Shown here piece by piece: positions 1-9,599 of a DNA stretch of 64,000 nt (position 1 is its first letter; every line of letters starts with the position of its first letter). The DNA comes from Gammaproteobacteria bacterium (GTDB lineage Bacteria > Pseudomonadota > Gammaproteobacteria > JABABF01): positions 768,001-832,000 of the forward strand of contig OZ250153.1 in NCBI GenBank assembly GCA_965237805.1, read 5' to 3'. Under the pieces are notes generated by a model, which was not told where the DNA came from, did not search any database, and saw only the letters and a program-made list of their open reading frames with translations. The translations under genes and the position numbers were made by a program.

Positions 1-339
1 GAGCAATATGGGAATCATGGCGTGATCATGGCATTATTGGATGTGGAATACAATGATGAAGATCGCTCTTTCCAAAAGTGGCATACCGATCTAAAGGGAG
101 GCCTGTCAGATTACGAACTAGAAAGAATCGCACGAAACGCCACTTCCAGATACCGCAAACGATCCGCTCAGTTACAACAAGTATTGATCTTGGCCATCAA
201 TGAGGACAACAAAAGTCTATTAGGGGTTTATCGTCAAGGGAGAAATGCTGATGGCAGCCCTCGGCAGCAAAAATACATGATCAATATAGAGATGGCTCAT
301 GAGTTCAAGGTGGGATGTATAGAATGTGTGAGCACGTGA
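1..339 (+). CDS. Hypothetical protein, C-terminal part (5'-truncated by window edge), in AT-rich island
   Basis: Frame is open from base 1 (EQYGNHG-VIMALL...) to TGA at 339. No family confidently recognised. Confidence 0.55.
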   Translation, partial: EQYGNHGVIMALLDVEYNDEDRSFQKWHTDLKGGLSDYELERIARNATSRYRKRSAQLQQVLILAINEDNKSLLGVYRQGRNADGSPRQQKYMINIEMAHEFKVGCIECVST

Positions 340-405
340 CATAGAACGCAAAATCATAAGATGTGTCAATTGGTGCAATATATTCAACACAATAATAGGG
401 GAGTA

Positions 406-951
406 TTAGTCATGATTTACTGTTGGGAACAGCCGGACACCGTGCCGTTCCCTACTGGTCACAGGATATCCAATATAATTTGCATCAGTAATACCAACTA
501 TGCTAGCAAGTATCCGGCAAATCAAATTGCGCATTTCCATCCCTAGATTGCGTCCTTTATATGGCCCAGCATTAAATCCCAAAGGCTTACTATAGAATGC
601 AGCCTCGTGAAACATCGTATTGCGCAACTCTACAATGTAGCTATCTTCATCACGAGGGTCCGCCCAATCTGGCACCTGAGCACCTACTTGTTGACACATA
701 GATGGTATACGATCAGCATGGGCACCCCGGCTAACGGCATTAGATAGGCTGATAATTTTCGAGCAAGTGTCCAAGGCTATATAAGAATATAAGAATTGTT
801 CATATTGAAGATTTCTTGGATTCTGAGACAAGAAAAGTGCATGGATTGCGCAACAAATCATTTTGCACTTTTTCTCATCTTCACCTTTATTTTTATGCTA
901 ACAATTATCAATGAAATTGATGTGTTTCTCATGAGAAGAGCCATCACACAT
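406..951 (-). pseudogene. HEPN-like domain protein fragment with an in-frame stop
   Basis: ORF 406..861 carries an R-x4-H motif (RNTMFH). The same frame extends upstream to an ATG at about 951 but is interrupted by TAG at 898-900. Confidence 0.5.
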
Positions 952-968
952 CGTAACAACCCCAGCAC

Positions 969-1841
969 TTACCTAGCAGTTGACGGCATCTGTTTCCATG
1001 ACTCCGCAATGTCACTATGACTAAAGGTGGGGCTAAAAAACATACATTCCTGACCATATGATGAAGTATGCGCACTATAACGCAATCTGTATCTAAACCC
1101 TTTCACATTTTTATACAGCCGCGTTATTAGAGGAGCCACATTATAAGAAACAATCCAATTTAATGATGGATTTTTTTGCAGATATTTCGCTATATCTTCA
1201 TGATCTTTATCTGCATAGTAATTCATATAAAGTCGTCTGCCTGTCTGGTAATAAGGTGGGTCGCAATAAATCAAATGAGATGCCGGAAAATCTTTTGCAG
1301 CGTGTTGCAAAAAGAAAATTGCATCTTCATTTGATAAATAAATCCTATCTTTATATAGTGCAATTCTTTTGATTCTTCTAACTAATTCTTTTTTATTATA
1401 TCGCGCATCCATCTTCCATTTTCCTGACTGAGAAACCCCACCAATAGCTCCTCCAGAAACAATTCCAGATCGATTGACTCGATTCAAAAAAAACAAGGAA
1501 AATGCCTTATCCAACTTGGAGCATGTCACTTGATCAGATATCAAATCCTTGCAACTCCGCCATGTATCCATATTGACATGGGAGTCAATAATATTTCTAC
1601 ATAAATCTTCTGTATGCTCCATACAACAACTCCAAAAACTATAAACAGCAGAATCTTTATCATTAATGTACACATAATCCACGCACTCATTGATGAGAAG
1701 ATCTAAAGCCAACCCAGAGCCGCCAGCATATGGCTCAACATAGCAGCCACCAACTATATTCTTTCTTTCCAATATATGACGAAAAAATGGCGAGAGTCTA
1801 GATTTTCCTCCAGGGTACCGCAAGGGAGAAATTGCTGCCAT
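969..1841 (-). CDS. D12-class N6-adenine DNA methyltransferase (Dam-like)
   Basis: SPLRYPGGKS N-terminus, EPYAGG SAM-binding motif, DPPYY catalytic motif, WIVSY. Confidence 0.92.
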   Translation of the reverse strand: MAAISPLRYPGGKSRLSPFFRHILERKNIVGGCYVEPYAGGSGLALDLLINECVDYVYINDKDSAVYSFWSCCMEHTEDLCRNIIDSHVNMDTWRSCKDLISDQVTCSKLDKAFSLFFLNRVNRSGIVSGGAIGGVSQSGKWKMDARYNKKELVRRIKRIALYKDRIYLSNEDAIFFLQHAAKDFPASHLIYCDPPYYQTGRRLYMNYYADKDHEDIAKYLQKNPSLNWIVSYNVAPLITRLYKNVKGFRYRLRYSAHTSSYGQECMFFSPTFSHSDIAESWKQMPSTAR

Positions 1842-1852
1842 GGACTAGATTC

Positions 1853-3340
1853 TCAATCACTCCGAGACGCATAGAATCGGCAAACACATTCCAAAAAGTT
1901 GTAATAATTAGCCCATAGTTCTCTCAAATTTCTTTCTGTGGGCATATATTTTATATCATGGACAAATATATGCAGCACATCCGGAGATAAGAGACTACTC
2001 TTATTGCCAACTTCTACACGCATCATACTTACAGAGTTTGCAAACACCTCATCTTTTGAAAGGTCAGAGCCTCCCATCGATTCTAGTAGGCCAAGAATAG
2101 CTTTTTTAAGCGTTAGTCTATTCTGTTGTTTCGCAGCCCCACTCTCTCTTTTACGCGAAAGATGAGACAAAACAACTGGATTTTTATCGTCCAGCACTAT
2201 AAGTTCCACTAAAACACGGACCAATATCGCAGCAGCATTCCTAGCTTTGTCTAATCGGATGTATTTCAACTCGTCAAAAATTTGATTAGCCCGGTCATTA
2301 GCAATGGACAGATCTGCATAGTTTTTCGCCAGAGGATCGCCCTCCCTAAGCGCCCTAGGTTCCTTGGGGGCCTGTGGCACCTTGAGTGATTCTATTTGAT
2401 TGTGTGTTTGTGATTGCAGGGTCTGCGATTGACATTCTTGTTGCAATGGTCTTGGATTTTCATTGATCGATTGATTGAAATCCAACATAACATTTTCTAT
2501 GTAACCTGCTATTACTTCGTTATTACGCGCATCATAAATTTTCTTTGACTGAGAGGGGCCCAGCGCAAAATCTTGCACCAATCTCTTTAAAATATACATC
2601 TTTTCTTTTGACATGTTTTTTAAAAAACAGTCTTCTTTCCCCAGCTTGTATTGGAAATGATTTTTTAACACTTTGGATTTTATAATTCTAGATATAGTTG
2701 TTGTTGCAAAACAATTTTCGTCAGCTATCCAGTGTTCGCGGATTGCCAGCTCATACAACTCTAATGAGTAGCCATATCGTCGCTTCTCGTTCTGGCCTCG
2801 TCTCCATTTCTCAGATGATAGTGGCCCCCATGGCCGCCGACCCACCCCATCCTTCTCTCCTTCATGTTGCAATGGCATCCAATCCCTAAAATCGGTGCTA
2901 TCCCCACCAATCATGCAAGGAATCATAGAAGGCAACTCTTTATTATATTTTTTGATTATACTCTTAATCTTTCTCTCGTCATTATGGCGAGTCGCCAACT
3001 TGGGGTTATGCAGTAACTTTAAAGATGCGACACGCCTATTCCCTTCACAAACTACGTACAGATTTTTTTTGGGGGTGGTACTATTTTCTGGTACAACCCA
3101 TAGCCGCTCATGGGTGATCCATCCACGCTCTGCGATGCTCTCTATCAATGGCATTAATTTCTCATTAATCATTCTGTTTATTAGGTCAAGTTGACGCGTA
3201 TATATTTTATCCAAAAGTCTAGGATTGTCTGAAGACAATTTTAGCGCTGTAATATTCAAATCATCTTCGCGAAAAGATTCAGTCACAACTTTACCCTCAA
3301 AACTCACCACTAGTGTATGATAAATTTCAATGTGCGTCAA
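1853..3340 (-). CDS. ParB/Srx-like N-terminal domain protein with helical HEPN-like C-terminus
   Basis: DNPRL...ESIAERG...VVCEGNRRVASLKLL ParB-like motif; C-terminal RNAAAILVRVLVEL...LHIFVH. Stop lies 11 bp upstream of the methyltransferase start. TTG start uncertain. Confidence 0.7.
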   Translation of the reverse strand: MTHIEIYHTLVVSFEGKVVTESFREDDLNITALKLSSDNPRLLDKIYTRQLDLINRMINEKLMPLIESIAERGWITHERLWVVPENSTTPKKNLYVVCEGNRRVASLKLLHNPKLATRHNDERKIKSIIKKYNKELPSMIPCMIGGDSTDFRDWMPLQHEGEKDGVGRRPWGPLSSEKWRRGQNEKRRYGYSLELYELAIREHWIADENCFATTTISRIIKSKVLKNHFQYKLGKEDCFLKNMSKEKMYILKRLVQDFALGPSQSKKIYDARNNEVIAGYIENVMLDFNQSINENPRPLQQECQSQTLQSQTHNQIESLKVPQAPKEPRALREGDPLAKNYADLSIANDRANQIFDELKYIRLDKARNAAAILVRVLVELIVLDDKNPVVLSHLSRKRESGAAKQQNRLTLKKAILGLLESMGGSDLSKDEVFANSVSMMRVEVGNKSSLLSPDVLHIFVHDIKYMPTERNLRELWANYYNFLECVCRFYASRSD

Positions 3341-3470
3341 ACTTGCGGATAGAATCTGAAATTAAGAGAAGAGCAAATATAATGTTTTCCACAGCACGAC
3401 ACCCTCAATATAGCATTTGCAATCCAAATTCTACTACATCAACTTAGCACCACCGCTCGGAAAAAACTTG

Positions 3471-4871
3471 TTACCCAACCGCCTCCCCCATCGCCCTAAT
3501 CCGCGCCACCTTATCCTCCAGCGGCCCCCAATCATCCGCCGCGTCAATACAGCTCCACAGCGCCTCCACCTCTTCGATCAGTAGGGTTTCCGGCCCCGCC
3601 CCCTCGAACCACTCCCCCTCCGGCCGCGCCCAATCGGCCGCAGCAATCTGCCGCAAGTCCGCCGACAGCTCGCCCAGCGCCCCCTTGCCATAGGCCGCAG
3701 CGCTGGGGCTGGCGGTGATGCGCCCCCGCGCCGCCGCCCCGCCGAAGTGGTCGAAGAAGAAGCGCTCAAAGGGCACCTCCCCCTCCTCCAAGGCCGGTAG
3801 CAGCCGCTGCGCCAGCCGCGCCGCCCTGCCCTCCTTTTCAGCGATGCCGAGGCGACGCGACAGCTGGCGCTCCATGCCCGCAACCAGTGCTGGCTCGAAG
3901 GCATTCGCCGCCTCGCGTAAATCCTCCACCGAGGCCACCCGCCCGAAGCACTCGGCCAGCCGACAGACATTCCACAGCACCGCCTCGGGCTGGCGACCGT
4001 AGCAATACAGCCCGCCGTGGTCGAAATAGGCGGCGGTGAAGTTCATGTCCACCTGGGGCAGGAAACGCCACGGCCCGTAGTCGAAGCTCTCGCCAGTGAT
4101 GTTGATGTTGTCGGAGTTCAGCACCCCGTGTACGAAGCCAGCCGCCATCCACGCCGCCGTCGTCGCCGCCGTGCGCCGCGCCACCGCCGCCACCATGGCG
4201 GGGGCGAGGCGATCCAACGCTGCCTCGGCAGCTAAGTCCTGCAAATAGTGGCGGGCACTGTGGCGCAGCAAGCTCTCCAGCGCCTCGTCGCGACCGAGGT
4301 GCGCCAGCCGCTGAAAGCTGCCGATGCGGATGTGCGAATGCGAGAGCCGCACCAGCACGGCAGCGCGGGTCGGTGAGGGCTCATCGTTGCGCCGCAGCGC
4401 CTCGCCGGTCTCGATCAGCGAGAAAGTCTTGGCACTGTCGACCCCCAGCGCTTCGAGCATCTCGGTGGCCAGCAGCTCGCGCATCGCCCCCTTCAGGGTC
4501 AGCCGCCCGTCGCCATCGCGCGACCACGGCGTGGTGCCGCTGCCCTTGGTGCCAAAATCGCGCAGGCAACCGTCCACCAGATCCTCTGCTTGGGCGAAGA
4601 GAAAGCCGCGACCATCCCCCAAATCCGGGTTGTAATGGCGAAACTGATGGCCGTGGTAACGCAGCGCCAGCGGGCGCTCCAAGCTGCCCGGCAGCGGAGC
4701 AAAGCGGCCAAAATGATCGATCCAAGCCGCCTCGTCCAATTCCCCCAGCCCCATGCGCGCAGCCCAGCGCTGATTGCAAAAGCGCAGCTTGTGCTCGGGG
4801 AATTGCGCGGCGGCCACCGGATCAAAGAACTCGTCCCCCAAGTCCAAGTGAGTGGTGCGACCAGCGAACAT
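3471..4871 (-). CDS. selO: SelO/YdiU family protein adenylyltransferase
   Basis: YHGHQF..YNPDLGDGRG, KGSGTTPWSRDGDGR, GFVHGVLNSDN, FDYGP motifs. Start re-chosen at ATG 4871. Confidence 0.9.
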   Translation of the reverse strand: MFAGRTTHLDLGDEFFDPVAAAQFPEHKLRFCNQRWAARMGLGELDEAAWIDHFGRFAPLPGSLERPLALRYHGHQFRHYNPDLGDGRGFLFAQAEDLVDGCLRDFGTKGSGTTPWSRDGDGRLTLKGAMRELLATEMLEALGVDSAKTFSLIETGEALRRNDEPSPTRAAVLVRLSHSHIRIGSFQRLAHLGRDEALESLLRHSARHYLQDLAAEAALDRLAPAMVAAVARRTAATTAAWMAAGFVHGVLNSDNINITGESFDYGPWRFLPQVDMNFTAAYFDHGGLYCYGRQPEAVLWNVCRLAECFGRVASVEDLREAANAFEPALVAGMERQLSRRLGIAEKEGRAARLAQRLLPALEEGEVPFERFFFDHFGGAAARGRITASPSAAAYGKGALGELSADLRQIAAADWARPEGEWFEGAGPETLLIEEVEALWSCIDAADDWGPLEDKVARIRAMGEAVG

Positions 4872-4988
4872 CGGGATCTCAATGGACAACGGCAATGGAC
4901 AACGGCGCGGCGGGCGGCCTCTGCGCCCAAGCCACGACCGCACCATAGCACACTGCCCGAGGGCACAGCCGCCCCGGCGGCACCCGCC

Positions 4989-6905
4989 CTAGCGACCCGT
5001 CAGCGGCTGGCGGTAGCGCAGCCGGAGAAAGGCTCCGAGCGGCTGCCCTTGGTAGCCCTCGGCTGGCTCCCAATCGCGATTCAGCGCGTTCTCCAGCGCC
5101 AGCTCCACGCGCAGCGTCGACGACAGCCGCCGCGATGCGCGCAAGTGCCACAGCGTGTGGCCAGCTAATTGCCGACTGAAATCTCGGCGCGGGCCATTGC
5201 AGGCCACCCCGCCGCCAAAGGACCACGGCCCCAGTGCGCGATCTAAATCCACCGACAAGCGATAGCGGGCGCGGCGCAGCAGATCGCGCCCGCTATCCAA
5301 GTCGCGCGGGCGCAGCAGCGTCGCCGCCACGCCCCACTGCCAGCGGGCCGCAACACCGTGCGCCTCCAGCTCCAAGCCGTCGATCTGCGCGCGGGCGATG
5401 TTCTCCGGGCGGTTGCTGGCGGGATTGAAGCTGATCAGCTGGCCGGTGCGCTGGTGGAAAGCCGCCAGCGCCCAGTCGATGCCACCGTGCGCGCCACTGA
5501 GCCGCAGCTCCAGCGAGCGCGATGTCTCGGGGCGCAGTGTGGGATTGCTGAAGCCGGGAAAATACAGGTCGTTGAAGCTCGGTGCTGTGAAGGCCTGCCC
5601 CCAAGACAGCCCCGCCGCGATGCCACGCGGCAGCTGCCACACGGCATCGGCACTGAAAGTCTGCCGCTCGCCGTACTGCCCATCGTCGTCGTGACGCAGC
5701 GCCAGCGCCAGCCCCAGCGGTCCCCAATCCCCTTGGTAGTGGAGGAAGATGCCATCGCTCCGGCGGCTGGCGGCGTAGCTGCCGCTGAGCGACTCCCAGT
5801 GGTGATCTCCGCCCAGCGCCAAGCGCCCGCCGCGCTCGCCGAGGCGCAGCTCCTGCCACCAAGCCAGCGAGCGGCGACGGCTGTCGTAGCGTCCTGGATA
5901 GGGGCCAAAAGACTCGCGCCAGTCGCGGGAATGGCCCGCATCCAGATGCCATGACCAAGCCTCTCGCGGTGACCAATCCCAAGCCAGCACCGTGTGCGCA
6001 AGGCGCAGCAGCTCGTGGCTGCCCGCGCTGGCCGATGGCAGCACGAAGGGCGGGAACGGCAGCACATCGTTCTCCAGCTCAGCGCGTCCGCTGATGTGCT
6101 GCAGCTGCCAGCGCCCCAGCCGCTCGTCGTCGTAGCCAGCGGCGAGGCGCAGCGAGCTGTGGCGGGCGGCATCGCGGTCGGGATGGCCATCGGCGAGCAA
6201 ATGGTCGATGCCCTGGCTGTCGGCGTGGCGCAGCGAGGCACTGAACCAAGCGCCGCTGTCCGTCCAGTCGATCGATGCCCCCGCCTCGGCGCGGTGATGG
6301 CTGCCGACACCGAGTTCGACGCCCAGCCCGGCGCGGCGACCACGGCGGCTGAAGATCTGCACCACGCCACCCAGCGCTTGGGAGCCGTAGAGCGCCGAGC
6401 GCGGCCCGCGCACCACTTCGATGCGCTCGATGTCAGCTAGTGGCAAGGCCTCCAACGAGGCCAGCCCACTGGCGGCGCTGTCGATGCGCACACCGTCCAC
6501 CAGCACCAGCACATGGTTGGATTCCGAGCCGCGCAGAAACAGGCTGACAAGGCTGCCGCGACCGCCGTTACGCGACAGCTGCACCCCCGGCAGGCGGCCC
6601 AGCAGCGCGAAGAGGTCGAGCGCCTGCAGGCGCTCGATGTCGGCGCGCTCGAGTACGCTGAAGGCGGCCAGCGTCTGCCCCGGCGGGCGCGGCAAGCGCC
6701 GTGCGCTGATGATCAACTCCTCCAGCGGCGCAGCCGCTTGAGGCATCGCGACGGCTTGAGCCCCCGCTGGCGGCACGGCAAGTGTGGGCACGGCTGCACA
6801 GAGCAGCAGAGCCAGCGCGGCACCACCATGCACAGTGGCGTGGCAAAGGCCACACCAGCGGCCGTATGGAGTGGGCGGGAATCGCCCCGGTGTGATGGAG
6901 TGCAT
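4989..6905 (-). CDS. btuB: TonB-dependent cobalamin receptor (BtuB-like)
   Basis: Plug motifs LFLRGSESNHVLVLVDG and IERIEVVRGPRSALYGSQALGGVVQI, APSFNDLYFP..SNPTLRPE. GGAGG RBS before ATG 6905 and a cobalamin riboswitch upstream. Confidence 0.85.
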   Translation of the reverse strand: MHSITPGRFPPTPYGRWCGLCHATVHGGAALALLLCAAVPTLAVPPAGAQAVAMPQAAAPLEELIISARRLPRPPGQTLAAFSVLERADIERLQALDLFALLGRLPGVQLSRNGGRGSLVSLFLRGSESNHVLVLVDGVRIDSAASGLASLEALPLADIERIEVVRGPRSALYGSQALGGVVQIFSRRGRRAGLGVELGVGSHHRAEAGASIDWTDSGAWFSASLRHADSQGIDHLLADGHPDRDAARHSSLRLAAGYDDERLGRWQLQHISGRAELENDVLPFPPFVLPSASAGSHELLRLAHTVLAWDWSPREAWSWHLDAGHSRDWRESFGPYPGRYDSRRRSLAWWQELRLGERGGRLALGGDHHWESLSGSYAASRRSDGIFLHYQGDWGPLGLALALRHDDDGQYGERQTFSADAVWQLPRGIAAGLSWGQAFTAPSFNDLYFPGFSNPTLRPETSRSLELRLSGAHGGIDWALAAFHQRTGQLISFNPASNRPENIARAQIDGLELEAHGVAARWQWGVAATLLRPRDLDSGRDLLRRARYRLSVDLDRALGPWSFGGGVACNGPRRDFSRQLAGHTLWHLRASRRLSSTLRVELALENALNRDWEPAEGYQGQPLGAFLRLRYRQPLTGR

Positions 6906-7034
6906 CGCCCATCCTCCCGAGTGGCGCGGCCTCGAAGCGGCAGCGCAAGGGAGGGGGAGTGGCACCCGCAGCGCGACAGCGCAGGCGGCGACCACAGACC
7001 ACAGCCCACCGCTGCATCGCATGGTGTGGCTGGA

Positions 7035-7150
7035 GCCGGTGTCGGGCTCGCCGCCGATGGCGGCTGACCGTTGCGAGGGCAGCGCCGGACTGGCACCTGG
7101 CGGTGCTTCACCGGACTTCCCGTGCACCCGCGTCGCACTCGATGGCCGAC
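7035..7150 (-). promoter_or_regulatory. Cobalamin riboswitch (short variant)
   Basis: Minus strand reads GGGAAGTCCGGTGAA...GTCCGGCGCTGCCCTCGCAACGGT...GAGCCCGACACC, matching the cobalamin riboswitch core and B12 box, upstream of the btuB-like gene. Confidence 0.85.
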
Positions 7151-7191
7151 GGCGGGTTACCCACAGCAAGGCGGATTATAGCCCTGCGCTC

Positions 7192-7749
7192 TCAGCCCGC
7201 TGCGATGACTCCGGCGGGGGAGCCCAAGCGCCAGCGCATCACCAAGGGCCGCCACGCCGCCAGCTTCTGCTCAAAGCCCATGGCCGCATGCGCCGGGCTG
7301 GTGGAGGGCAGCTGCACCAGCTCCAAGCTGGCCCGCCGCTCTGCTGGCAGCACTGGCAGGATGTGGCGGCGAAAGGCCTGCGCAGCCTTGCCGCCATTGA
7401 GGCCGATGGCGGCGATGCCAGGCTCGGTGGCGAGCAGGGCGGGGATGTCGTTGGGCCGCTCGCTGCCGCGCACGATGGCGCTGTCCAAGCTGCCGCGGCG
7501 CTCGCAGCTGGCCAGCACATCCCACAGCGCGATACCGGCGCGGCGCACCATGGCGAGGCGACGGTGATAGGGGCAGTCGGCCTCAGCCCCCAGCAGCTGC
7601 GCCAAGATGGGCCAGAAGGCGTTGCGCGGGTGGGCGTAGTAGCGGGCATGGGCCAGCGAAACAGCACCCGGCATCGAGCCCAAGAGCAGCAGCCGGGGGC
7701 GTGGGCGGCGGCCCAGTACCGGCGGCAAGCCTTGGTGGCCCTGCGCCAT
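7192..7749 (-). CDS. DNA-deoxyinosine (hypoxanthine) glycosylase, UDG/Mug superfamily
   Basis: LLLGSMPG.SL...YYAHPRNAFW, IALWDV, GSLDSAI, LPSTSPA motifs. Confidence 0.88.
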   Translation of the reverse strand: MAQGHQGLPPVLGRRPRPRLLLLGSMPGAVSLAHARYYAHPRNAFWPILAQLLGAEADCPYHRRLAMVRRAGIALWDVLASCERRGSLDSAIVRGSERPNDIPALLATEPGIAAIGLNGGKAAQAFRRHILPVLPAERRASLELVQLPSTSPAHAAMGFEQKLAAWRPLVMRWRLGSPAGVIAAG

Positions 7750-7758
7750 CGCCCGCTG

Positions 7759-8862
7759 TCAGCGCGTGGTGGGACGCGCTGCGGCCGCCAGCAGCCGAGC
7801 TGCGTTGTCGCCGCTCAGCTGCCACGACAGACAGCGCACGCTGCCACCCATGAAGCAAACATCACGGGCGTCGACCGGGATGATTGTGCGCGCCGTGTGT
7901 GCCCGCAGGCGGCGTAGCACCGCATCGTCGCGCGGCCGCCCGAAATGCGGCAGGTAGAGGTTGCGCGCGGTCACCGTGGCGTTGACGCTGATGCCACAGG
8001 CGGAGCTGTAGCGCGCATCCCATGCGCCCGTCTCGAAGTCGGCAGCTAGCTCGATCAGTCTCAGCGCACCGAAAGCGCGCCGCAGCTCGTCGCCGATGGC
8101 CGAGCGCAGCGGCTCATCGTAGCGGTTGACGGCGATCACATCCTCGGCGATGAACATCAGCATGCCGTCGGCGTGAGCCAGCCCATCGGGATCGTCGCTG
8201 GGGATGATGGCGGCGGCCTCAATCCCCGGCAGGGCGTGTAGCGCGCGCAGCCCCGCCGCCTTGTCCAGCTGGTTGTCGCGCAGGAATTTCTCGCTGAGCA
8301 CCACCCGCCCGCCGCCGCTGTCGACGAAGTTGCCACCGTCCAGAATCAGGCCGCCAGCATCGTGCCAGCGCAGCCCCAGCGGGGCGATCAGGGAGCGCAG
8401 GCCGCGCTGCACCCGGTCGGCACGGCGCTGACTGCCACTCTGCGCCGCCGCGCTGTAGCGGAAGCTGAGCGGATGGCTGGCCAGCACCGGCGAGAAGTCG
8501 CGCATCCAGATGTCGCCGAGCTCTGCCTCCAGCAGCGCCGAGGGCGGCAGCTGGTCGGCGAAGTGAGGGCGCGTGGCCCGGTCGACCAGCACCAGTACCC
8601 GGTCGCCAGCGGCGATGATCTGCCGTGCGTAGCGCAGCTGGAAGGCGATCACCCGCTCGCGCACATCGGCGTAGTAGTCGACAGCCACCGGCGGTGCGGC
8701 CAAAACAATCAGCATGGCTGGCCCCGGTGCGGACAGCGAGACAGCTCCTGCAGTGCCCAGCGCATCGGTGCCCAGCGCATCGTCGCTGTCCGTCGATGCC
8801 GCGCAGGCCGCCAACAGACAGAGTGCGATACCCGGTGCCACGAGGCGCGTCATGGATGGCAT
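7759..8862 (-). CDS. Agmatine/peptidylarginine deiminase family protein, predicted lipoprotein
   Basis: WMRD, LDGGN, HADG and GGSVRC catalytic motifs; N-terminal hydrophobic stretch with lipobox LAAC. Confidence 0.85.
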   Translation of the reverse strand: MPSMTRLVAPGIALCLLAACAASTDSDDALGTDALGTAGAVSLSAPGPAMLIVLAAPPVAVDYYADVRERVIAFQLRYARQIIAAGDRVLVLVDRATRPHFADQLPPSALLEAELGDIWMRDFSPVLASHPLSFRYSAAAQSGSQRRADRVQRGLRSLIAPLGLRWHDAGGLILDGGNFVDSGGGRVVLSEKFLRDNQLDKAAGLRALHALPGIEAAAIIPSDDPDGLAHADGMLMFIAEDVIAVNRYDEPLRSAIGDELRRAFGALRLIELAADFETGAWDARYSSACGISVNATVTARNLYLPHFGRPRDDAVLRRLRAHTARTIIPVDARDVCFMGGSVRCLSWQLSGDNAARLLAAAARPTTR

Positions 8863-8951
8863 GGCAGCGATTGTCGGCCTCCGCGATGGCAGGCATTATC
8901 GGCGATGCGACCGCCAGCTGAGGCCGTGCTATGATTTGCCTTGTGATCAAA

Positions 8952-9557
8952 ATGATGTCCGACACCCCCCTGCTCTCCCCCCGCCACGCACTAGCCACCT
9001 TCGCAGCGCTGGCCGCCGTGTTGGTGCTGACACGCACACCGGAGCTGTGGCCCGCCGCCCTGCCGGAAGCCTCGTGGGCGATCTTCTTCCTCGGCGGCCT
9101 CTATCTGGCACGCGGGGACATCGGCCCCCTGCGTCCGCTGTCGGGCCTCATCCTGTTGCTGGGCCTCGCCGTGCTGAGCGACTGGCTCGCCATCGGCGCA
9201 CTCGGTGCCAACGCCGCCTGCTTCACACCGGGCTATGTCTTCCTGATGCCAGCCTATGCCGCGCTGTGGGCCGCCGGTGCTTGGGCCTCGCGCCCGGGGC
9301 TCCAGCCACAGGCCGACACGGCGCTGCGCTTGCTCGTCGCCATGGCCGCCAGCTCCGCCGCCGCCTTCCTGATTGCCAACCTCGGCTTCTACTGGCTCGG
9401 CGGCAACCCAGCCGGGCTGTCGGCGGGTCAATTCGCCGCCCGCGTCGCTGGCCACTATCCGGGCTACCTCGCCAGCACCGCCCTGTGGAGCATCGCCGCG
9501 CTGGGACTACACGCCATGCTGGCCCGCTGGCAGCGCCCAGCCATCGCCGCCAGCTGA
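8952..9557 (+). CDS. btuM: BtuM-like solitary S-component cobalamin transporter
   Basis: About six TM helices, TR...LPEASWAIFFLGG motif, D-x12-C-x4-Y spacing (DWLAIGALGANAACFTPGY); close to btuB. A TGCTATGAT extended -10-like element at 8927-8935 favours a start at 8952/8955. Confidence 0.7.
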   Translation: MMSDTPLLSPRHALATFAALAAVLVLTRTPELWPAALPEASWAIFFLGGLYLARGDIGPLRPLSGLILLLGLAVLSDWLAIGALGANAACFTPGYVFLMPAYAALWAAGAWASRPGLQPQADTALRLLVAMAASSAAAFLIANLGFYWLGGNPAGLSAGQFAARVAGHYPGYLASTALWSIAALGLHAMLARWQRPAIAAS

Positions 9558-9599
9558 GCACCGCCAGCTCTCCATCCCTGCAATCACATAAGACAGACC

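Noticed and set aside
4880-4905. 13-bp direct repeat caatggacaacgg x2 upstream of selO
   Set aside because: Only two copies and not noticed elsewhere; slippage is as likely as an operator.
6906-7169. Long N-terminal extension of btuB
   Set aside because: The region holds the riboswitch, and a good RBS precedes ATG 6905.
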